Assembly: GCA_016183325.1 (NCBI GenBank)
Contig: JACPEV010000008.1
Location: 472-64,471 of the forward strand
Reading direction: 5' to 3'
Source: Candidatus Curtissbacteria bacterium
GTDB lineage: Bacteria > Patescibacteriota > Microgenomatia > Curtissbacterales > GWA2-41-24
Length of the DNA: 64,000 bases
Shown one piece after another: positions 45,530 to 53,507 of the stretch (positions within the stretch are counted from its first letter, which is position 1; every line of letters starts with the position of its first letter). Below the pieces are notes generated by a model. That model did not search any database, had not been told where the DNA came from, and saw nothing but the letters and a program-made list of their open reading frames with translations. A program made the position numbers and the translations under genes.

Positions 45530-47524
45530 TCATGCCTCTAAAAGCTTTACTAGTTGTTCGTTTGCCTCATCAGGAGAAATTGGTTGTGCTTTATCTCGAT
45601 TATTTTGTTTTTCTATTATTTCAACTATTAGTTGAATCAGCTCAGGAGCGTAGTGCTCAATAGGATGTCCTCCCTGATCGAGGTAAATCTCAAACCATTC
45701 TTGATGATCTTTCCTAAATTCTTTCGCTATCTGATCAATTACTCTTGAATTTTTTTTACGTAAATGATCCATTATGCCTCCTCTTGTCATCCAACCTTCC
45801 GGTGCTCGGCCATATCGTGTGAGCTCTTTGATAATTAACTCTTTCAATTCTGGTGAGTAATGCTCACGAATTCTGCCGTTTGAATCTACATAAAACTGAT
45901 GCCACTCGGGATGATTTTCTTTAAATTTATCGGCTCTATTACCCACAATTAAAGTGCTTCTCTTAATTTCTTTTGCTAAAGCTTCTTTTGTTATCCAGCC
46001 ATCTGGTTGATTTTTAAAGTTTGCGACATGCTCGATAATTAATGCAACGAATTCTGGTGAGTAATAATTATTGGGATGACCAGTCCGACTCAGAAATGTT
46101 TTGAACCAATCCAGATGCTCTTTTTTATATTTTTCTGCTAACCTTTCAACAAATTTCGGCGATTTTTCAACCAGTTCTGCTAAGCGCGCATTTGGGACCC
46201 ATCCTTCAGGAACAATATCGTATTTTGTAAGTTCATTTGTTAAGAAGGATACGAATTCGGGTGAATAATGATCCCGAAGAAACCCATTTCTAGCAACATA
46301 ATTTTTGGCCGATTCCGGATGTTGATCTCCAATTTGTTTAATTAATCTTTCAATAGGCCTCCTGGTTTTTCCTAATCGTTTTGCCAATTCTGTAATCGTT
46401 ATCCACCCTTCAGGTGCTTCGGTACCACCCTTTAATTCTTCTTCGGAAAATTCTATACCCAAAGGACTAAATGCAGATTTGAGGATCTCAAGCCGTAAGT
46501 TTTCGAATGATGGGTGCTCGCGACGAGGATTTCCAAACATTCTGCTGAAGTTCTTTTTTGATCTAACTTTTTCCCTAACGAATTGCTTTGCTTCTTCAAT
46601 TCTTCCTGTAATGACTGTCCCGTCTTTATCTAAGAAGGTTTCTATAAAATCTGGAAATTCTTGCAAAAATATCTCTCTTACGGCTTCAAAAATTTCTTCT
46701 CTATCTCTAGTATGCCAAATCCTCGGGTGAGCAAAATCGCTGTTATTAAATTGTACTCCCCAGGGTTTAAATGCTTTTTTAATAGCAGTTATGTAGCTTC
46801 CCTGGAAATAAGGTACTGCACCTTTTTGAACGGGTGTTCCACCAATAATTTGCGCAAATTTAATCTGATTTCCAATTTTCTCTTTAATAAATTCTTTCGC
46901 CGTTTCTTGGAAATTACTTTTTATTTGTCCATCATCATCTCTTGGAAATAAATCATTAAATTCAGGAAAGTTTTCAAGAAATAATCCTTGAATGTTGCCA
47001 ATGCCTATTTGTTCATTCTCTTCGGTGGTTTTGTCTGGAAATTTCCAGCGAACTTGTCCTATTGCATCTTTTAAAATTATTGGCCTATTTTTATCGCCAT
47101 TTGGTGAAGTATCTTTTGCAATTTCATTTCCTGGTAGCTCAATTCCCCAAGGAGCGAAGGATTTTTTAAAAACAACTAGGTAAGAGCCTTCAAAATATGG
47201 GCAAGATCTCTTATCACAAGCAACTCCAAAAGACATATAAAATTGTCTATTTTTGAAGACGTGGCTAAGTATAAATTCTCTTGCTTGTTCTACCCTGTTA
47301 CCATCAACTTTACCATCCTGATCTCTAAGAAATTGTAAATTAAAATCTGGAAACTTTTCTAGAAAAAGCGCTTGCACATTTCTAATGCCCAGCCGCTCAT
47401 TTTCCTCCAAGGTGTTGCCAGGTAGATGCCAACGTATTCGGCCTCCTCTATCCCTAAGAACTGTTGGCTTAGATATAGGAGAATATTCTGATAGTGACTG
47501 AGGATTTTCTTCTTCTTTTATCAT
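45530..47524 (-). CDS. repeat-rich protein with shared C-terminal tail (…PISPDEANEQLVKLLEA); island gene 4
   Basis: 664 aa. Two N-terminal copies of a ~110-aa 'RDRGGRIRWxLPGN…FLExFPxFN' domain plus a degenerate third. Then four tandem ~68-aa 'PEGW-T…LA…R…HxEW…HYSPE' repeats that look HTH-like. Confidence 0.55.
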   Translation of the reverse strand: MIKEEENPQSLSEYSPISKPTVLRDRGGRIRWHLPGNTLEENERLGIRNVQALFLEKFPDFNLQFLRDQDGKVDGNRVEQAREFILSHVFKNRQFYMSFGVACDKRSCPYFEGSYLVVFKKSFAPWGIELPGNEIAKDTSPNGDKNRPIILKDAIGQVRWKFPDKTTEENEQIGIGNIQGLFLENFPEFNDLFPRDDDGQIKSNFQETAKEFIKEKIGNQIKFAQIIGGTPVQKGAVPYFQGSYITAIKKAFKPWGVQFNNSDFAHPRIWHTRDREEIFEAVREIFLQEFPDFIETFLDKDGTVITGRIEEAKQFVREKVRSKKNFSRMFGNPRREHPSFENLRLEILKSAFSPLGIEFSEEELKGGTEAPEGWITITELAKRLGKTRRPIERLIKQIGDQHPESAKNYVARNGFLRDHYSPEFVSFLTNELTKYDIVPEGWVPNARLAELVEKSPKFVERLAEKYKKEHLDWFKTFLSRTGHPNNYYSPEFVALIIEHVANFKNQPDGWITKEALAKEIKRSTLIVGNRADKFKENHPEWHQFYVDSNGRIREHYSPELKELIIKELTRYGRAPEGWMTRGGIMDHLRKKNSRVIDQIAKEFRKDHQEWFEIYLDQGGHPIEHYAPELIQLIVEIIEKQNNRDKAQPISPDEANEQLVKLLEA

Positions 47525-48871
47525 TCATTCCTCTAAAAACCTTCTTAATTGTTCGTTGGCTTCGTCGGGGGAGATTGAATCCTTTTCTATCTTTTCTTTT
47601 GGTGAATAGTTGCCCCCTTTGAGCGCGTCCATTATATCTTCTTGATTGTAAAGCTCAACAACTTTACCAGAAATGTCGCGACCGGTAATAACATTAATAT
47701 TTCTTCCACGAAGGTGGCGACGCATAGTTGCTGTTTGAAGCCCAAATGATTTTCGAAAATAAAATTGGGGCACCCATGTTTGATTGTTTTCATCGGTGTA
47801 GAGTCCCGTCACCTTATCCACTCGGGGTAAGTTTAAAAATTCGCTGATCTTTTCTGAAGCTTTCGATTCGTCGAAAAGGACTACTTCCGCACCAACCCTA
47901 CTTCTACCTTGTATCTGGGGGACATCAACAAGTAATGATGATAACGAAGTTCCACTAACCTGGAATCTGCTTCGAAGCACTCTTCTAGATACCCAACTGG
48001 AAGTACTGTTTTCTGTATACGAGCCTGTTTCGTTATTTACCCTAGGTAGCAGCAAAAAATTATTTATTTGACTTGTCACTTCGGGCACATTGTAGAGAAT
48101 GGTTTCGTGGCCAACCCCATCTCTGCCAGCTATAGATCGAACTCCTTGCATGAACTTTGATAGTTTTTCAGCACTAAGACCGTGATTAACTTTAAAGTAA
48201 TTAGCAGGGGCCCAACATTCTCCGTCTTCGTTTTGATATTGACCGATTGAACTATCAACTTGCGGGAGCGCAAAAAATTCGTTAATTCTTCTTGAAACTT
48301 CAGCTTCATTGTAGAGTCTAATTTCATGACCTTTAAGACCTACTCCTGCTCTTGATGGAACGCCGATCAAACGTTTAGACAAAGTTGGTCCGTTGATTTT
48401 AAAATTCTTTCTAAAAAAATAGGAGGAGGCCCAATTATTACCGTTTGCGTCCGTCCAGCGAGTTTCCTTATCAACCTTCGGTAAAGAAAGGTCGAGTCCC
48501 CAAGGATTGAAAGATTTTTCTAAAACGAAGTGATATGATCCTTGAAAATACGGGACTGTATTTTTCGAAAAAGGGGATTCTCCTGTTAGAGCAACAAACT
48601 CTTGTCTTTTACCTATTCTATCTAATATAAATTCTTCTGCTTGACCTCTTTTATCCTCTATAATTTTTTCATCTTCGCCCTTGGGGAAAAGTTCATTAAA
48701 CTCTGGATATCTTTCTAAGAAGATTGCTCGAATGTTTTTTATTCCAAGCATTAAGTTCTCTTCTTCAGAGTTGCCTGGAAGCGACCAGCGAATTCTGCCT
48801 CCTTTATCACGAAGAATTGACGGTACTTGGATTTCTTGATTTTGTGTTAGTAATGTTTCTTTTGCCATCAA
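47525..48871 (-). CDS. repeat-rich protein with shared C-terminal tail (…SISPDEANEQLRRFLEE); island gene 3
   Basis: 448 aa. One RDKGGRIRWSLPGN domain, then four ~70-aa 'W…YF-K-F…LS-L…GR-GVG-E…LYNE-EV…I-EFL-LPRV…TG-YT' repeats. The true start ATG overlaps the upstream stop (TGATG). Confidence 0.55.
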   Translation of the reverse strand: MMAKETLLTQNQEIQVPSILRDKGGRIRWSLPGNSEEENLMLGIKNIRAIFLERYPEFNELFPKGEDEKIIEDKRGQAEEFILDRIGKRQEFVALTGESPFSKNTVPYFQGSYHFVLEKSFNPWGLDLSLPKVDKETRWTDANGNNWASSYFFRKNFKINGPTLSKRLIGVPSRAGVGLKGHEIRLYNEAEVSRRINEFFALPQVDSSIGQYQNEDGECWAPANYFKVNHGLSAEKLSKFMQGVRSIAGRDGVGHETILYNVPEVTSQINNFLLLPRVNNETGSYTENSTSSWVSRRVLRSRFQVSGTSLSSLLVDVPQIQGRSRVGAEVVLFDESKASEKISEFLNLPRVDKVTGLYTDENNQTWVPQFYFRKSFGLQTATMRRHLRGRNINVITGRDISGKVVELYNQEDIMDALKGGNYSPKEKIEKDSISPDEANEQLRRFLEE

Positions 48872-49728
48872 TTCTCCAAAAGTCTTTTTAGCTGTTCGTT
48901 AGCTTCGTCGGGGGAAATAGTTGATTCTGCAGGTCTGTAAAGTCTTGTGTCTCCTTTGTGAAATATCCTGCGATCGATTAATTTTTGTTCTCCTTCTTGA
49001 TTAACTAAGAAAATTTCTAAAAATGTATTGCTTTTTTCATCGACTTTTGGTTGAAAAGCTAGCTCTTTTCCGTAAGACGTTCGTATTTCTTTATTATTTA
49101 ATACGACGGCTTTACCTCTAACCATTCCTATATGAAAGCTGTCTGTTCGAGTGAAATTCCACGTCCAAAATTCTTTCAGCATGTGTGGTTCTATCTCTTT
49201 TCTTCCACCGAGGTAATCTAAAAAAATCTGTCTTTCAAAACCATGCCAACTTTCTACTTTTAGGTTTTGAGCGTCAATCCTAAACGATTGAATTAGTTCA
49301 TTAAAATCTACTACATCCCTTAATCCTAATTCGTGGAAATCAATCCATTGATATAATTTATTTTCGTCTTCTCTAGGAAAAGCTAAGATTATTCCGCTGT
49401 TGCGGATAATTTTTTGCGATAATGGATTGAGGCTAAAGATTACTGTCCTTCCTTGAATTCTGCCACCTATGTAAAATCTTGTTCCGACTTTATTATCACC
49501 TCTGGCTTCTTCTATCAAAAACGGTGGAATTTCTTCAAAAGGAAATCTTCCTCTGAGAAAAGCGTGCAGAAAAGCTACGCCCTCCTCCTGGTCTACTGCG
49601 TATATGGGTGAAGGTTTCCATGGATCTGGCTCTACTTGCGAAGGATCAGACCTGTCTCCCAATTCCAAATCTATTATTTTAATGAATCGTTTACTATTGG
49701 GACTTTTTGGTTGCATCTCTGGATTCAT
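48868..49728 (-). CDS. hypothetical protein with shared C-terminal tail (…TISPDEANEQLKRLLEN); island gene 2
   Basis: 286 aa. The upstream gene's final GAGGAA (Glu-Glu) codons form the SD, and its TAA stop overlaps this ATG (TAATG). Confidence 0.5.
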   Translation of the reverse strand: MNPEMQPKSPNSKRFIKIIDLELGDRSDPSQVEPDPWKPSPIYAVDQEEGVAFLHAFLRGRFPFEEIPPFLIEEARGDNKVGTRFYIGGRIQGRTVIFSLNPLSQKIIRNSGIILAFPREDENKLYQWIDFHELGLRDVVDFNELIQSFRIDAQNLKVESWHGFERQIFLDYLGGRKEIEPHMLKEFWTWNFTRTDSFHIGMVRGKAVVLNNKEIRTSYGKELAFQPKVDEKSNTFLEIFLVNQEGEQKLIDRRIFHKGDTRLYRPAESTISPDEANEQLKRLLEN

Positions 49729-50843
49729 TATTCCTCCAAAAGTCTTCTTAACTGTTCATTGGCTTCGTCAGGGGAAATGATTACATCTACCGAATTTTTA
49801 TTTGTGTCACTAAGACCTAGCTTTGCTCTCAAAGCTCTAATACGACCTGGATAAGCTCGAATTGCACCCCATAGGTCATACCTGTTTTTTGCTTGCAATG
49901 CATTTCTTGTAAGTAATCCTTCCTGCTGGAAGAATTCCCAAGCCTCTTTTTCTATTACTTCTGAAGTCCAATATCCTTTCTTCCTTATTAGTCTAATATC
50001 AAGCCCTAGATCTCTTTTTAAGCCTGTCATTTTCCCAGGATAAAATTTACCAATAGCTGTTCTAAGATCGCCCCTTCCTTGCCTAGCTAATAAATTTGTT
50101 GTTAAATGTTCCTCTTCTCCTAAAAAAGCTAAAGCTGCTTTTCGGATTTCTTCTGGGGTCCAGTAATGATATGGCTTTGCAGATGGTCCTAAACCTAAAT
50201 CTTGTTTTAACTGCCTTATTCCACCTGGATAATGTCGTAGGATAGCATTAAGTAAGTCATTTCTATGGCCCTCGAAAAGCAATCGGGCGCTAATTTTTCC
50301 TTCTTGATCTAGAAACCCTTTGGACTCCTCGAAGATCATTTCCTTTGTCCAATAATTTCCAGGTTTTTTAATTATCTTAAGACCAAGATTTCTTCTGAGC
50401 CCCACCATTCCATCTGGATAATATTTAGCTACTGCAGCGACAAAGCTTGATAAGCCAGCTTTTACCAATGTTCGTTGTTTTAAGTCTGAGCCTTCTGTAT
50501 CCAATCTACGACCCTCGTGTTCTATATTGGTTAGCTCCCGCCAGAATCCGGATGGTCTTGATGATGAAGGTACGCCAAGATTCACTTTTAAACCTGAAAA
50601 ACCTCCAGGATAGTAATGAACAATACCATAAAGCAGATCAAACTTTCCTGCACGGCTCAAGTTAACTCTTGTAAGATCATTTCCTTGTTGAATAAATCCA
50701 GTTGCTTCTGCAAGAACAACCGCGCCTAATAATCCTTGATCTTCTAATAACCTCCAACGGATCCTACCTCTATCATCTCGCGGTATGTCAATAGATTGGA
50801 AATCTTCCTCGGTCTTAGTAGCAAAAACAGTTCTTTCAGCCAT
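49728..50843 (-). CDS. repeat-rich protein with shared C-terminal tail (…IISPDEANEQLRRLLEE); island gene 1
   Basis: 371 aa. N-terminal RDDRGRIRW motif, then about five ~68-aa 'L…AI…YPGG…L…LGL…YWT-EEI…F…EG-L' repeats. Confidence 0.55.
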   Translation of the reverse strand: MAERTVFATKTEEDFQSIDIPRDDRGRIRWRLLEDQGLLGAVVLAEATGFIQQGNDLTRVNLSRAGKFDLLYGIVHYYPGGFSGLKVNLGVPSSSRPSGFWRELTNIEHEGRRLDTEGSDLKQRTLVKAGLSSFVAAVAKYYPDGMVGLRRNLGLKIIKKPGNYWTKEMIFEESKGFLDQEGKISARLLFEGHRNDLLNAILRHYPGGIRQLKQDLGLGPSAKPYHYWTPEEIRKAALAFLGEEEHLTTNLLARQGRGDLRTAIGKFYPGKMTGLKRDLGLDIRLIRKKGYWTSEVIEKEAWEFFQQEGLLTRNALQAKNRYDLWGAIRAYPGRIRALRAKLGLSDTNKNSVDVIISPDEANEQLRRLLEE

Positions 50844-50851
50844 GATGAGGA

Positions 50852-50880
50852 ATTTTACAATATTTGGCCTATAGTTTCAA
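50852..50880 (-). promoter_or_regulatory. promoter P1 for the island operon: TTGAAA-N17-TAAAAT, 8 nt before the ATG
   Basis: Minus strand reads TTGAAActataggccaaatattgTAAAATtcctcatcATG. The shared upstream motif CTAACAAGTGGCTTA is at 50947-50961. Confidence 0.5.
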
Positions 50881-50973
50881 GTGGGCCCATGATATTATTA
50901 CTGCCTGTAGTTTATTAAACGAGTATATTACTCGCTTGATAGTTATCTAACAAGTGGCTTACTGAGTAGGCGG

Positions 50974-51140
50974 TTAATGATATATGGATAATTTTTGCGC
51001 AAGTTCTTTTTGGAGATTTTCGACCTTCACTCTTTCTTGTTTAGCCGTATCACGATCCCGAATCGTGACGGTGTCGTCTTCGAGTGTCGCAAAGTCTATG
51101 GTTATGCAGTAGGGTGTTCCGATTTCGTCCTGGGTGGAGC
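50974..51140 (-). pseudogene. displaced 3'-terminal fragment of glycine--tRNA ligase (att-like duplicate; right island boundary)
   Basis: The minus strand encodes …[52 protein letters not shown]. The intact glyS ends …[49 protein letters not shown]. Nucleotide identity is about 85% over ~110 nt. The fragment has no start codon. Confidence 0.65.
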
Positions 51141-51180
51141 CTTGAATAGGCTTAAGGAATGTTATATTATTATCTATATC

Positions 51181-51372
51181 ATGGGAATCATTGATCTAAG
51201 AAGAGTCTTGAAAAATCGTCGTTCCGGGTGGATCTCTATTTCGAAAGACTACAAAAGGGTTATTGCCAAAGACCAAACCTTAGGGGGTCTTGTCAAAAAA
51301 CTGCAAAGGCTTGGCAATCCCGAAGGATATCTTGTCAAGGCAGCGAACGATTATTCCAGATATGTGGGCTGA
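51181..51372 (+). CDS. small partner protein of the retropepsin cassette, copy 2 (divergent)
   Basis: 63 aa (…[19 protein letters not shown]…). It occupies the 3' part of the ORF-track frame 50995-51372. Its stop overlaps the next ATG (TGATG). Confidence 0.4.
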   Translation: MGIIDLRRVLKNRRSGWISISKDYKRVIAKDQTLGGLVKKLQRLGNPEGYLVKAANDYSRYVG

Positions 51373-51899
51373 TGAAACCTGTTATTTTGCAGCCACCAAT
51401 AAAGATCTGGTATAAAACGCTTCCCGGATTTTCAAAAATCATTTGGCCAATACTTGATATCAAATTGTCTATAAATAGTTTCGTTCTTCCTCAACCTATC
51501 TTTTCGCTTGTAGATTCCGGTGCGAGTATTTCTATAATCCATCCACAGATAGCCGAGATATTAGGATTTGACCGAGAAAGATTAGGCAAATCGCGATCGT
51601 CAGGAAAATCAGCCAGCGGTGATTATAAATCTTGGATTTTACCGAATCTTGTTGAAGTAAATATTTATGGCCATTTGTTTAATTTTAGGTTCGAAGTATT
51701 AGATAATCCAAATCTTATGTGGCCATGTATTTTGGGAGAAGATTCAATCTTTCAAGTTGCCAAGGTTGATTTTTCAAAATTCAGAGGTTATTTTGAATTG
51801 AGGATTAGACTAAAAGAAGATAAATCTAGGAGTTTGGCCGAACTTGCTAAAAACACGTACGGTGCATGGAAAGAACCGGTTAGGAAAATTTCTTCATAA
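51372..51899 (+). CDS. retropepsin-like (clan AA) aspartic protease, cassette 2
   Basis: FSLVDSGASISIIHPQIAEILGFD. Start MKPVIL is coupled to the upstream stop. The ORF-track N-terminus (51228-) is probably not translated. Confidence 0.55.
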   Translation: MKPVILQPPIKIWYKTLPGFSKIIWPILDIKLSINSFVLPQPIFSLVDSGASISIIHPQIAEILGFDRERLGKSRSSGKSASGDYKSWILPNLVEVNIYGHLFNFRFEVLDNPNLMWPCILGEDSIFQVAKVDFSKFRGYFELRIRLKEDKSRSLAELAKNTYGAWKEPVRKISS

Positions 51900-53409
51900 G
51901 AATATTTGCAAGTGTGTCCACTTTTACTCTTTCCTGTTTGGCCGTGTCACGATCCCGGATCGTGACAGTGTCGTTTTCCAAAGTTTCGAAGTCGATGGTG
52001 ATGCAATAGGGTGTGCCGATTTCGTCTTGGGCGAAGTAGCGTTTGCCGATGTTGCCGCGATCGTCCCAAGCAACAGGTTGCAGTAAATGGTGAATGGATA
52101 ATTGTGAATAGAGCAAGCGGGCTTTTTTGACGAGATCGGGTTTATTGGCAAGAAGCGGGAAAACGGCGGCTTTAAAGGGGGCGAGTTTGGGGTGGAGTTT
52201 AAGAATTACTCTCTTTGCTATATCCCCCGAACCCGGTTTGGAGGATTTTTGCAAACCGGGTTCGTCTTTTGCTGGTTCCTCTGTATAAGCATCGATTAAG
52301 AAAAAAAGCGCGGCGCGATCGACTCCTCCCGAAGTTTCGATGATATATGGAAGGTATTTTTTATTTTTCGCAGGCTCAAAATAGGTCATATCGACGCCGG
52401 AATGTTTTTGATGCTGAGACAGATCCCAGTCTCCCCTATTGTGAATTCCTTCAAATTCTTTCCAGCCTCCGCCAGAGGCGGATAGATCGTATTCAATATC
52501 CCAGGCGTCTTTGGCGTAGTGAGCACGCTCGCCTTCTTCGTGCTGACGAAACCTAAGTTTGTCTTTTTTCATTCCGAGCTCCAAGTACCATTTCATGCGC
52601 TCGTTTTTCCAGTATTCGTACCATTTTTCGGATTCTTCCTTTTCTGGTTTGACATAATATTGAAGTTCCATTTGTTCAAATTCACGGGAGCGAAATGTAA
52701 AGTTACCGGGAGTAATTTCGTTTCGGAAGGCCTTGCCGATTTGGGCAATTCCGAAAGGAATTTGGACTCGAGTGGAATCGAGGATGTTTTTGAAATTGAC
52801 ATGGACACCTTGAGTGATTTCACCGCGAAGATAAACTTTTTGTTTGGCGTCTTCAACAACGCCGAGTTTGGCTTCAACAAGGAGATTGAATTTTTTAGGT
52901 TCTGTAAAATTGTGCTCTTTATCTTTGGTGGGATTTTCTACGATTTCTTTAAAATCATGCTTATTTTTACCATCCATGCAGTAAATGAACGGTAAAATTT
53001 CGCTTTGCTCTTGAGATAATGACCAAGAAGTTACATTTGTTGAGATCGAACTTGTCTTTGTAAAAACCATGTGCTTCAATTTCTCTTTTGCTTCTGTAAC
53101 ATTATCAGCCCTGAACCTCTTATGACAAATTTTGCATTCTACAAGTGGATCAGTAAACGCTTTGACATGACCGGAGGCTTCCCAGACTTTGGGATTCATG
53201 AGAATTGCAGTGTCGATGCCCACTACATCGTCCCTACCGTAAACCATCGACTGCCAAAAAGCCTTTTTGATGTTGTTTTTGAGCTCGACTCCGAGAGGAC
53301 CATAATCCCAAGTTCCCCCAAGTCCGCCGTAGATTTCAGAACCGGGATAAATAAAGCCACGACGCTTTGCGAGAGAAACAATTTTTTCTAAATTCGTAAT
53401 TTTATCCAC
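51880..53409 (-). CDS. glyQS: glycine--tRNA ligase (dimeric class II GlyQS type)
   Basis: 509 aa with class II motifs and an anticodon-binding C-terminus. Confidence 0.9.
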   Translation of the reverse strand: MDKITNLEKIVSLAKRRGFIYPGSEIYGGLGGTWDYGPLGVELKNNIKKAFWQSMVYGRDDVVGIDTAILMNPKVWEASGHVKAFTDPLVECKICHKRFRADNVTEAKEKLKHMVFTKTSSISTNVTSWSLSQEQSEILPFIYCMDGKNKHDFKEIVENPTKDKEHNFTEPKKFNLLVEAKLGVVEDAKQKVYLRGEITQGVHVNFKNILDSTRVQIPFGIAQIGKAFRNEITPGNFTFRSREFEQMELQYYVKPEKEESEKWYEYWKNERMKWYLELGMKKDKLRFRQHEEGERAHYAKDAWDIEYDLSASGGGWKEFEGIHNRGDWDLSQHQKHSGVDMTYFEPAKNKKYLPYIIETSGGVDRAALFFLIDAYTEEPAKDEPGLQKSSKPGSGDIAKRVILKLHPKLAPFKAAVFPLLANKPDLVKKARLLYSQLSIHHLLQPVAWDDRGNIGKRYFAQDEIGTPYCITIDFETLENDTVTIRDRDTAKQERVKVDTLANILMKKFS

Positions 53410-53507
53410 GATAATTTGTCAGCTTGCTGAATTATGAAGATAGAATTATGAATCAAGGGTAAAACTTTCAAGGAACATAATTCATACTTCTTAATTCACT
53501 ATTCAAT

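Noticed and set aside
51228-51371. N-terminal 48 codons of the 223-aa ORF-track protein
   Set aside because: They overlap the small partner gene out of frame. The MKPVIL start at 51372 is coupled to the partner's stop and gives a protease the same size as the other two copies.
50995-51372. 125-aa ORF-track protein
   Set aside because: Its N-terminal 62 codons are the antisense shadow of the displaced glyS 3' fragment. Only the last 63 codons (51181-51372) look like a gene, the small retropepsin partner.
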